Assembly: GCA_965644265.1 (NCBI GenBank) | Contig: OZ286476.1 | Location: forward strand, 55,924,001-55,988,000 | Direction of reading: 5' to 3' | Source: Glycera tridactyla | Lineage: Eukaryota | DNA: 64,000 bases | In this document: positions 1-12,900 of the stretch, piece after piece | How positions within the stretch are numbered: the stretch's first letter is position 1 | Layout: the number at the start of each line of letters is the position of its first letter | The notes under the pieces: generated by a model | The model's input: only the letters and a program-made list of their open reading frames with translations | What the model was told of the DNA's origin: nothing | Databases searched by the model: none | Translations under genes and position numbers: made by a program

Positions 1-867
1 TATTGTAAAGACGAGGAGGCTTCGCGAGCATGCCTTGGTGGATAATGAAGACCATGATATTCAGCAGGGTTGGCCTCTGCTAATTAAGCTACAAGTGGCT
101 TGCCTAGGCCAGGCTGACACATTCCATCTACTCCCTGCCATTGTCTTCTGCAGTCTCAAAACTTATCTTACTGATTCTATAACATCTACAAGATTATTGA
201 ATCTAGTGTGACTAACATTCTATGATGAATATATCCTCACTTCAACTGGGCTTTTCTTCTAAAAAAACTCTAAGCTTGGCTATTGATTCTGGCTCAATTT
301 TCTTGTTTTGATGAAATTTATCATCACCTACTTCCATACAGATATTCTTATCTCAATGTCTTCCCCATTTACCTATCATAATCATACCCATGAATATTGA
401 TCTCTCAATCTCATTATACCATTCCTGCATGGAAAATGCGGCACAAGAGGGTCCAAATTCACCAATAAAACACAAGAGTTTGTAGTCATAAACCACCAGC
501 CATCCCAAACTGACCAATTATGTAATATAATTGTAAAGCTACTATTCAAAAATGAAAGGTTTGCCTCTTGTCTCAAATCAGGTTTATCAGACAGAATCTC
601 ATGTGAGAAAACAAAGCTTTGCTTGTGACTGTAATACATTTATATGCTGCTGTCTGCACACATGATGAAGAAATAAATCAATCTGACAGTGCCTGTATTT
701 TCATCTGGTGGTGGGGGCTAGATCATGATGAAAATACATCCATTTCTTTACCAAATTATTGTTTGTATAGAATGTTCCATGAACTAATTGCAATACTTGC
801 ATGATCAGTAAATCCATGTTTGTATCGACACTCCCTCACGCACATGTTGAAATGATTCTTTTCAAAG

Positions 868-987
868 GGTAAATCTATGAAAAATGCCAAAAAGAGCGGT
901 GGTAAAAAATCGAAATCTAAAAAGAAGAAGCAGAACATCTTGAAAGATGCGGGTGCCGATGACGACGATGAGGAGGAAGAAGAGGAG
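868..987 (+). CDS. Exon GKSMKNAKKSGGKKSKSKKKK...DDDDEEEEEE (basic then acidic), phase 0-0
   Basis: tcttttcaaag acceptor, GAG|gtaacc donor, 120 bp. Confidence 0.85.
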
Positions 988-3900
988 GTAACCATGACGA
1001 TATTTGTCATGCATGCAACCTGTAATCATCACTGTCTCACTTTCCTTTTACTAACCTTTTAACTCTTTGGACCTTTAGTACCATTTAATCATTCTTTTCC
1101 AGTCTACAGGTCTCTACATTTTCCAAATCATCCAGGAATATTTCTGGAATCATATTATATGCACGTTTGTCTGTCCATCCTTTGGTTACATCAAATGGTC
1201 TTTGTATATAGGTGGCCATTAAAAAGAGGTCATTCACTGTAGAAAAAACAATCATAGTCACAGCTCCTGATGGCTTTTGTCGATGTTGGGGGGTGGTCTT
1301 TGTATAGAGGTGGTCTATTGAGTACTTTCAACTAATTTTCAAATCTTTGGATGCAACTGGCTCTTGAATTCCATTTTCTGATAGCCTGGGAAGAAATTGG
1401 GGATCTCCTAGCTTCATACAGGTAGCAGTTCAGAGCTCTTACTTGCTTTACAACCAATGAGCACAGTTGGTTTACCTCCATTCATGACAATGTTCATACT
1501 CAGATATTGAATGGCCTGCAACAACGAAAATATCTCTGTGAGACACCAGTTTTGCAGCACATATAGGGCTCTACGTTGGCTAGGATTTCCTGTCAGTCAA
1601 ATCCCTTGAGCCAAATCTAAATTTGAGTAGCCAGTCAGTGGTGAATCAAATTGAGTGTTCAGGGGCCAGCTGGCTCCTAACTTTGAATTTTTAGTAGGTA
1701 TGGTTGAAATCGGTAGCATCTGGCTACCCAATGGTAGCAACTTGGAGCCCTAATACATACACCTTCAGGCTAGAACACCCTAAAAGAAAATCCTATCTTT
1801 TCAATGTTAAATTGGTCAAATTCCCTCCCCCATACCAGCACCCCAAAAGAAATTTGAGATGTCTCCATACTACCTTGCTATGGTACTATGTTTCCTCTAT
1901 TTCCACTCAAAAATTCAACATAGCATCACCTGCTCGTTTTTGAGATAACTGGATTTGAAGTTAGGGTGTTGGGGATTTCTCTCACCTACCCATGGAGGAT
2001 ACCCCTATGGGCCTGGTTACTCACAGGAGAGAACCTGCCCCATAGGCGCATGAATACATGTTCTCAATACAAGTTTCTACTCATTGTTGTAAACAAATAA
2101 ACATGTACTTCTATTTAAAATACAGAATGGGTTTCATTCCACATAGTCATTAGAGTCATAGAGCTCTAACTATGATTTCCCATTATAGTTCTTGGTCTAC
2201 CAAGCGCCTATTGGCCGACGACAGTGCTGCCGTGACCTCTTTTAGGGTCATCTAGCCTGAATAGAAACTGATATTTGGGATTTTCATTCCATAGCTCTCA
2301 GGAAATATTCTTTGGGTCATAGTCAATATACTTGGTAAATATAAGCTAAATGCATTGACTATTCACAACAATATGGGCAAAGCCGTTGAGGGTGTCATGT
2401 CCCGGAAATGGCTGATTTTCCCTCATGCATATACCATGGATATTCAGGCCGATTCCTAACTGTCCTTGTTGCCATGGCAACCATGATTGATGCATTTCAT
2501 TCAAAATTATCTATCACATACAATGTACAATCTCTGCAGCAAATATTCATGTGCTGCTCACTGGATTCACATGGCTATTAACTGCCCTGATGGCCGTTGA
2601 TAATCTCTCCACATGGTGTTGGGGAGGGGGGGGGGTGGCATATCGGCAGGTCAGGAAACAGCCCTGAAAAGGCATGAAATTCCAGATTTCACCCTCTCTC
2701 TGGAAAAACAGAAGTCCATGACATCATATTTTTTTTACTTGAATAAATCAGTATCAACTCCCCTTCAATTTGGTACCAGAAAATCCAAGATCCCTCTGAA
2801 AGTCTTCAGATGTCGGATCAATTCCCCATCAGACTACTGATACAGCTTCTTCCTGTGTGAATAGAAACTGATATTTGGGATTTTCATTCCATAACTCTCA
2901 GGAAATATTCTTTGGGTCATAGTCAATATACTTGGTAAATATAAGCCAAATGCATTGACTATTCACTACAATATGGGCAAAGCCGTTGAGGGTGTCATGT
3001 CCCGGAAATGGCTGATTTTCCCTCATGCATATACCATGGATATTCAGGCCGATTCCTAACTGTCCTTGTTGCCATGGCAACCATGATTGATGCATTTCAT
3101 TCAAAATTATCTATCACATACAATGTACAATCTCTGCAGCAAATATTCATGTGCTGCTCACTGGATTCACATGGCTATTAACTGCCCTGATGGCCGTTGA
3201 TAATCTCTCCACATGGTGTTGGGGAGGGGGGGGGGGGTGGCATATCGGCAGGTCAGGAAACAGCCCTGAAAAGGCATGAAATTCCAGATTTCACCCTCTC
3301 TCTGGAAAAACAGAAGTCCATGACATCATATTTTTTTTACTTGAATAAATCAGTATCAACTCCCCTTCAATTTGGTACCAGAAAATCCAAGATCCCTCTG
3401 AAAGTCTTCAGATGTCGGATCAATTCCCCATCAGACTACTGATACAGCTTCTTCCTGTGTTAAGGCTAGAACACCCTAAAAGAAAATCCTATCTTTTCAA
3501 TGTTAAATTGGTCAAATTCCCTCCCCCATACCAGCACCCCAAAAGAAATTTGAGATGTCTCCATACTACCTTGCTATGGTACTATGTTTCCTCTATTTCC
3601 ACTCAAAAATTCAACATAGCATCACCTGCTCGTTTTTGAGATAACTGGATTTGAAGTTAGGGTGTTGGGGATTTCTCTCACCTACCCATGGAGGATACCC
3701 CTATGGGCCTGGTTACTCACAGGAGAGAACCTGCCCCATAGGCGCATGAATACATGTTCTCAATACAAGTTTCTACTCATTGTTGTAAACAAATAAACAT
3801 GTACTTCTATTTAAAATACAGAATGGGTTTCATTCCACATAGTCATTAGAGTCATAGAGCTCTAACTATGATTTCCCATTATAGTTCTTGGTCTACCAAG

Positions 3901-6900
3901 CGCCTATTGGCCGACGACAGTGCTGCCGTGACCTCTTTTAGGGTCATCTAGCCTTCAGGTTGATACATGCCATTAAACCCAGACCGACCAATCAATCAAT
4001 TACCTTTTTGGAGGGACCATGAGGTCAAGATGCGGGTATGCTACTTTTTGAAGGGAGACCTGAGAGCCATTTCATGTAATGTTACTTCTTTTTTTTGATG
4101 AAGTTTGATACAGATACCACCCCATGGGATCTCAACTGCTTCTCCCACTGGTATTACTTGTGTGTTACTTACCCAGCTGGTGTTTACCCTCTCATGGAAT
4201 GATTCACTATCTATCTCATCAACTTCACTCATGAACATCACTGTTTGTTTTGTTTTTATCACACCTATATTGATATCACCATCCTCCTATGTTAACATTT
4301 CACAGTCTGATGACACCGGCATCGAGAATGAGTCGACATTCCTGTCATCTGCAAGTGAAAATGTGTCAAGTGTTGAACAGGAAATTAGTGAGAATGAGGA
4401 TGGCCGTTCATCAGTTAACACACATTTCACACAGTCCCGCTCCGAGATCAACACTCAGATGAGCCAAGTTGGGATTATCTTTTATTTCTGCATATTGTAT
4501 ATATGTTGTTTATTTTACATTGGCTAGCTAGATACAGTGGAACCTGCCACAAGAGACACCCCAATATTTCACTAAAATGCAGTCTCTCAAAAGAGGTGGT
4601 CTCTCATCAGAAGTAGATTTGACTACATCAAATACAAAAAAAGGCCCTGAAAAAGTGGTCTCCCATCAGAGATGGTCTTTCTCCAGGAGGTCTTTCGTCA
4701 CAGGTTTCACTGTATGCACCAGGTGCCAGCAACTGATGTTTTTTTTTGAAGATATATGAAAAGAGACTCACAATGCTAATAGTGATGCTAATTGATATCA
4801 CTATCAGTACCAAATAGATATTTGACATAAAATGTTGGGAGAGATGTGTCTGAACTGATAACTGCTTTGGTTTGCCATGGTGGTTAAAGATATGCTTGCC
4901 TGACTACTCAGACATACCAACAGGCTCCAATCAATCAATCAATCAATCAATCAATTACTCAATCAATCAATCAATGCAGTACTTGCAGAATCTATGGATG
5001 AGTAGTAGATCTCATGTGTTACGAAGATCGTTATATGATATGCTACATCCCTGGCACCTGGTATTTTCTACCATTGCAGCTGCTTCAATCATGAAATCTT
5101 TTTTCTCATCTGTCATTCAATATGCTTATAGATCAGACAGCACTGCTGCAGCATTTCATCTTGAAACCACATGCCGAGATCTAAACATGCACAGATATTT
5201 TATTTCTAGGATGACTACATGCAGAAGCTACGGTATATGTATTCACTTAATGCTTGTCAGTGGATACATACACACAAGTAACATGCACTCAAACTGGAAA
5301 TCATGGATCTTCTAAATTGCGCATGGTGGCCAGCTGCTTATGATGGTATTCTATGGCCGTCCGTCCACCCTGTCTGTAGTGCATTGCTTCATGATGAGCC
5401 TGATGATGAGGTAGTCATGGTTATATTAGCACCAATATCTCCTGTAGCAAATTTGGCTAAAGCACCCAAATCATTCATGCCTTAGCCTGGAACATTATGA
5501 GGTGACAAAACTTTGGCATTATTCATAATCTCAAACTAGCAAATCACACTCCACTTATGGGAAATCAATTTTCCAGCCTCCACATCATACGTAAAACACC
5601 AGTTTATCATGTCTACATGCACAGTATGAGATGTGTAATCACTGCCTTCATCTACTGAAAACCAACTTATTTTGGCCAGTTTCGCTAGTCTTGTAAATTT
5701 CTGTAGCCAGATGAGAAAAGTATCCTTTTCTGGAACCAATGTTTTGTGGCCATCGACTTGGGCCAGCACCCATCATCTGCATAGAATGCCTCATTGCTTT
5801 CTTAGTGAGGATCACAAAAATTTCATGGACTATCCATTCTAATTTTGAGGAATACTTGCCAAGCAAGAAACCTGTATTTTTTTTGGTGCTAGCTTCCTTG
5901 ATGTTCATGTCCATTATTTGCAGGAAGGTCATTGTTACACCACCTCATTTCAGTTTTAACTGAGAGTCTTATTGATATTGAAACGCCATATCAAATTTCC
6001 TGACTTGATTGTACCTGTCTTGATAATCAACAATCTGGCATGAGGTGGATCATATTCTTCCACTGATTGCATCTAGATTTCATCTGACTTCATTTCAGGG
6101 TCTTTTGATCACATCATCACACCAAGTTTTGATTCCAACTTAACCTCAGCTTCTGGCCACTGCAGTACATATGTTTGGATGCAATAGTTTCATTTTCATC
6201 CAGCAGATGACCATTATTGACTGAATCAGGCCTTGCAGAGATTCTGGACACAGATAGATGTCACTGTTGTTTGTCACAATCCCACTCTCAATACTCATCA
6301 GGGCTCTATGTTGGACAAAATATCCAGGTGCCGTCTGGCTCTTGAGTTGATATCTTTGGTAGCCAGTGTTAAATGTTGCTAGGCATTAGATACATTGTCA
6401 ATTACAACCTCTTAGAATTTTAGTGACGGCTGGCTCCTAACTCTCAAACTATGGTAGCCAGATGATAAATTTGGTAACCAGTAGCATTGTAATGCCGTGT
6501 TCTGGCTGTACTAAGGAGGAAGTATTGTGACTTCGGAATTCCTGAGTAAGAGGTACCTTATCAGATTGACTGATGACCTGTCCGACTCTGTCTCAGCTGT
6601 TCATGGTGTTGCTGTGTCAGTCATGAGTGGGATGTGTTGGCGAAATCATCTTAATTGATAATCGACCTTGGTCTTGACCATGGTTTCTCACTTAAGCAGT
6701 ATAGCGATTGTATTAATTCAGTCAAACCTATTCTAATCAGCCTTCCTTCAGGAAGGCATGAAAGCGGCCACTTAGGGCAGGTGAATCATTGTGAAAAAAC
6801 CTTTGGTGGGAAATTCAAAAGTGGCTGCTTGAAAGGCAGGTGGCCGCTTAGGACAGTTTGTTTGTTTGTCAAACTTTTACTTTGTTTAATCCACCCTGTC

Positions 6901-9900
6901 ATGTCACTTCTAATGGAGATCCGTGATCTTCCCAGGTCACTGTATTTTGGTAGGCATCCCATTGTCTTTCAGGTTTTGTATCCAAATACTTCAATCTGAA
7001 CTTCTCGCTGCCACATTTTTCTAATGAGGTTACCTTGTTTTCCAATAGAATACTTCACTTTTGCAACCTGTAGGGAGAGGTTTGGGTATGGGTACCCAAG
7101 AATTAGATTTGTCCGCACAATTGCTGTGTTTGCTGCACCAAATGAGATTTAGCATGAAATGCCCTGCATATTCAAGTTAATGTTAGTTTATCTGATCTCC
7201 TATTGTTCTGCCTTCATGATGTGTGCATAAACCAGAAATATAGACGCTTGAAATGTTTTGCGGCCTGGAATGGTTCGACAGAATTTGGTATTCTGACTTA
7301 CTCTACAAAAGCCACTCATCAGGGTGCCATACTGAAGGTAAAGTGACTTACTTAGCAGGAAATGAACATTAGACAATTGTGTTTTTGACACACCCTTAGC
7401 AATATCCTAGAGTGATTCCCTGAGTTTGAAGCATACAACCATGAAATGATGCATGAGAGGCACATGCACTTCAACACACTCCAGTTGAATTACATGGTTT
7501 GGAACACATAGACATGCCAAATGGCACCTGGAGATGGCATCAATGTGCCAATAAGGCCATTCCTTCTGCCTTGTCCAGACATCCCAGCACCCATATCCCC
7601 ACATTGATCACTTACTCATCACTAGCATTCATTCAAATTCAGAAACCGACAACTTCTGCTGTATTCATGAATTTTGCTAAAAAAGGATTCTGGGTCTATG
7701 GAATTGCAAACCAGAAAATGTTGGTTGTGTTGTTGGAGGCATATTGGTGTGAATGTCCAAGTGAAAGATTCGCTGACAGTTGCTGGGTTGTTAAGCAGAA
7801 CAGATTGCTCTCCACAACAAGAATCTTTATCAGAAGAATTATTTTTAGAAAATATTGGTTTACTCAAGCTTTGGGAGTTATCAGGTATGATATCTGTCAT
7901 CATCATTCCTAATAGTCATCTTGAATCCTGAGAATATCCTTGATGCAATGGACTCCATGTTCTGTAAGGGGGGTACATGAGGACAGCACGAGCGCAATAT
8001 TTCCTGTAGCAAATCTGACTAAAGCCGTCATAACATTTACTCATGTTTTAGCCAAATGTATAGTGAGATGACTTCACTTGTGCATTCACTATCTATTCAA
8101 ATTCGTGTATTGAGTTTCAGACATGAGAGATCTGTTTTGCAGCCTTCTGATATCATAAAATACAGATCTCACATGACTGTGAGTTTATACATGTCGTCTC
8201 TCTGTCTTCATCAATTTCAGTCTAATTGTTCATCCAGTTTGGCTAAAGGATTCTCAATTTCTTAGCTAGATAAAAAAATCACTAGCCCCTGGCTGATTGG
8301 CTATAATGGCCAGCACAATCACAGATGATATACCGAGAGGGCACATGTAATCTGGTATCCTTCTTAATAGGATGGCATAATTGTGGTCACCTAAAAGTGC
8401 AAATTAACACTTGAGAACTACCTTGTACATGTATATCAATGTAGCCAAAATTCCTATACATTTTCCCTAGTTAGGATATGACTCAAAGATGGATTTACAT
8501 GAGCCATTGTTATGGTGGGAATGTGACTGGTTGTTCATGTGTGTCTACATGGATATGTTTGCACTAGTATAGTCTGGCTTAGTTATACTGCAGCATCTCA
8601 CAGTCCAAACAGTCACATGGCATATAAACATACAGTGATGGACTGATCAACTATTCGCCTCAAATAAGACTGTTTCTGTGTGTGAAATTGGGTATTTCTA
8701 TTGTATCCTGTTAAGATCAATATCAACCTCAAATGATCTTACTCAAACAAACATTGATATTGTTATTCTGAAGTATGAATCGAGAAAAAATTGTGTCACA
8801 AAAAAGGCGAATCAACTGTAGATATACTGCAGCAGGACCAGAGTGAAGCATTTGGCCGTTACTGGTATCCTGGTATCCTGTGATAGAGAGATTTGCTATA
8901 TCCTATTTTCTGCTTAATCAGTATTAGACTCGTCATATTATAGCTAGCCAAATGTACATCAACAGTTAACTTGATGCTACTGTTCTTTCCATGTGGATTT
9001 CACTCTGCAACAAATAAAATGCATTCTTGGTTGAGACATCAGAATACTCATGTAATTGATACTTTTTGACAGTCCCATGAGTTAAGGAACAAGAGCCAAG
9101 TATTGGAGACCAGATGATCGCATCTACCAATGAGTTGACATGAATTCCATAATCAATGAATTATACCATGAAAGGCATGTAAACTGTGAGGTTTGGTTGA
9201 ACTGGTGCCAAGCAGCCACCCTTATCTGGAGTTCAAAATGGCTGCTGGAGACAGATGCTCTTTCATCACTGGTGAATCAAACAAATTGATGGAAAATGTC
9301 AAAAGTGGTAGTGGTTGCTCAGGACAGATGTGCTTTTGATATGTGCAGAGGTCAAGCAGAGAAACGAGTCAAATGATATTTGAGTGGTCAAAGCAGATGT
9401 CACTGAAGAGCACTAGTAATGTATGTATATGCTGTGAATCTAATTATGTGCTTGGTAAGCCATAGTATATGCATACAGAGCCTGGGATGTGAACACTGCT
9501 AGTCCTGATATGTGCAACAAACATCTTCTATCTTAGATCTATGAAATATAAGCCTTTGATGTGTGCAGTATGAACCCATTATGTGTGCAGTGCCAGCCCT
9601 TGATATTTGCATTACATGCCCTTGATGTGTGCTTTACAAGCACTTGATGTGAGCTTTACAAGCACTACCTATGTGCATTAATGTATTTAGGTGTTGGATC
9701 CCTGCACCACATGCTTTAGGTGTGCACAGTATGCACCAGTGATGTGTTGTGCTTGGCATCTTGACTGTGGAATGAATGAATTTACAGACAAACCATGCAA
9801 CCTTTTGGGTCTCCCATCATCTTGTGTTAAGGGTTTGTGTGAGTGATGCCTGCAGGGGACCATTCATTGACCAGAACACATGGCACTCTTGATTTCCCAG

Positions 9901-12900
9901 GTTGATACATGCCATTTAACATCAATCAATCAATCATTTGACAAAAGCCATCCTGGTATATCTGAAAAGTCTCCCATAGAAAGTTGGTCTATAGGGTGAA
10001 TAAAATCTTTGCAATCATCATTTGATAGATGTATGATGGAAGTCTGAGACTGTGCATGTTTTCTGTGCAAAAAAGAATCCATATCATGTCATTTCAGGGA
10101 GGGGCTGATTTCAATGTCCAACATAGAATGAAGGTGAAATTCCATGAGCATTTGGTCAATTATCCTGAATAAATTATCTAGTGCAATCAAGGATGATTTG
10201 CTTGTCTCTGTCAGTTGAAATTGTGTGGCTTGATTCTGTGTTTGATTTAGGGCTCTCCATATTAAACTAGCAATCAACACATGAAGCTTGAAACTGATTG
10301 ATTATTCAGTCTTTGTAGTATGTAAGCCTTATACATGCCATACATAAGACTAGCAGCCAAAATCTATAAATCAGAACTGGTATATCCTGGAAATATAATT
10401 GGTTGCCAGAAATGTGTCTCCATTGAAGACAATGGAATATGTAAAATATACTAGGTTTCCACAGTCAAATGAAAACATTTTGTGATAGGGACAAAATGCA
10501 CCAAAATAGTCTCATGTTCACTTTGGTATAGGGAAACTTTATTTGGGAGACTGGTAACAATTGGTGAGGTCAGAGTCAAGCCTTTTTACCAGTGATATAA
10601 CACTCAAACTGCTGTAATGATGATTATGGAATTCAAAGATATCCCAGTTTTAAAGAGTGATATCTGTGTTTTCTGTTTAGGTTGCAATTTCACCGATTGG
10701 ATTTGAAGATGAAGTTGAGGAGATTCCTGATAATGTGCTGCAAAGAGAAGAGGCTGGTAGCGCCCTCTCTACTACACGATCACCATCACCGAAAAAGCCC
10801 GAATTTCAATTCAAAGGTGAGTAGGGGGAGAATATTTTTTAGCCTGAATCTCAAACTTTTTGAATATGTTTGTCAGCTCTTGCGGGAGGGTGGATGTCAA
10901 AGTTTTTCATGAACACTTTATTCCCAATTCATGTGTTATGGGCATCAAAATGAAACGGTCGGACTTTCACTAGCTGACAGTATTGGAACAAGCACACAAC
11001 TTCCAATTTTCTAATCAGAAGTGCTTGTAGAGCTGTTAAGTGTGAATTCAAAATCCTTCCCACCCCAACACATTCCAAGATTTTTCATTATCAATGATAC
11101 AATCAGTGAAGACAGAGGGTTGGAAGATTTTAAGGGCAGGTGGTCTTTATAGAGAGGTTATTTACTGTTGAAAATACTACCACGGTCGCATCTCAGGTGG
11201 TCTTCATGGAGAGGTGGTCTTTAGAGCAGGTTTGACTGTACATGTATAGGTAGTGGCTCTCAAGATTTGGCCTGGCCTTATGATCCCCGATCCTCAGTCT
11301 TCATGACAAGAGTGAAGGTTTTATGCTGACTAGTATGTTCCCATTCTCTTTCTTCATTATATTCCACCTAGAACCTATCTGTTGGGGGATGATTGCTGGG
11401 CAATATCATCCCCACCAGCAACACTTGGGCTATATTGTGACAACTGGTCCAATGTGTTGCTCTGTGGAATTTGATTTGATTGAGTATATTTGATGAGAGT
11501 TTGAGGTTTCAGTAGGAGGAGCCATGAAAAGGTTGCTCAGATGTGACAGATCCCCATCTCAGTCTCCAAACTTTGCCACTCTCTCGAATCCCAGGTAGAG
11601 TACATTGGACCCTGGGAGAGTGGAAAAACCAGGCTCACTCTTCTGATGGAGTTTAGATTTTTCAGATGATAGAAAAGTGATGGATTTACTGTGGAGACAG
11701 GGCATCACAATTGTGTCTCCACCAACAACAGTCACTATTCCCTATGTGATGGCTTTGCATGTGCCTGTACAGTCTGAAGTACAAACCTCAAGAAAACATA
11801 GATTGGTTGTCACTCAGATGAATGAGATAAGTTGTTCCCAATAACGTGCCCGCAGGATAAACTAGCTTTTGTTGCTCTCCTTATTGAACTTACAGAAATT
11901 CGGGAGAGTGATTTGATCTTTGGGAGAGTGATTCTTCAAACTGCTCTCCCAATGGCAGAGTGGCTGAAAATGTTTTCTGTGAAGACTGCTATCTTGGTAC
12001 AAACACAAGACATGGAGCTAATTTTGATTCTGCGATTTGACTTTTGAGTAGAGACGACTCCACCACCCCAGCCTCTGCCTAGGGTGGCAACTGGATCAAT
12101 GCGAAAACCTCTATCCTCACGACCATCCATCCTTCTTAAAAGTATTCCAAAAACTAATATCGGTCAGTGGCCAGCGATCCCGATGACAGAAAGACGCAGG
12201 TCTGACCTGGAAGGTAAAACAGTGTGTACGCCATGACCTTGGAACTAAAACTCTCACACGACCTCAAGCTAGTGTTTATTTGAGTGATGGCCATCGCAAT
12301 CCTTCTTCATGATGTGAAACTAACATCTAGAATCAGCTTATTATAACTTTACAGAAAACTCCAGGGTGTACCAAGAATTATGAAACCCACTAGTCCGATC
12401 GGACGCGTGGTTTAGGAAACTTGCTTGTCCAAAACATCCCACTAGTCCAATCATGGGGCCACCAGTGGAACCGGTATTGAGCAACCACTGTAAACTGTAT
12501 GATCTATAGTATTATTCACTTCAATTCACCTGTATTCAGCAACCACTTTTTGGCTTCCCAATGGTGGCTGCTGAATACAGGTTCTTCTGTAATCTTTAGT
12601 TAGAATAACTGTAATACAGTATATGGATAAGTCATGATACCACCACCACCACCACCATTGTGGTGATGTTTTGTGACTATTTCACAGAAACAGATACGAA
12701 ATTTGTGCTAGTTCTCAATTTATTCGCAAGATGGCATGATGTCCTACAAATATAAGCAGTGCTCTTGTCTTGTAATGACTAGTAAAAGAAATATTAGCTT
12801 CGACATCTAAGGGTTGGTCCGGGAACCATAGTGAGCCGCATTTGCGATAGATTTCAGTAGGCCCGAAAAGTGATCGGAGTGCTCACTCTTTGTAGAAACA

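Noticed and set aside
11-68. Possible exon at the window start (aag acceptor, G|gttggc donor)
   Set aside because: Two frames are open, the donor is weak and upstream context is missing; it cannot be placed in the chain with confidence.
1704-3639. Duplicated short ORFs (79/75 aa, 75/81 aa, 68 aa) in the composite element
   Set aside because: By-products of the repeats; no DDE, THAP or His-Me motifs.
1762-3959. 8-bp TSD CCTTCAGG implying a hAT element
   Set aside because: The GG/CC bases recur at the inner repeat ends, so they belong to the TIR; a 4-bp TTCA duplication explains all four ends.
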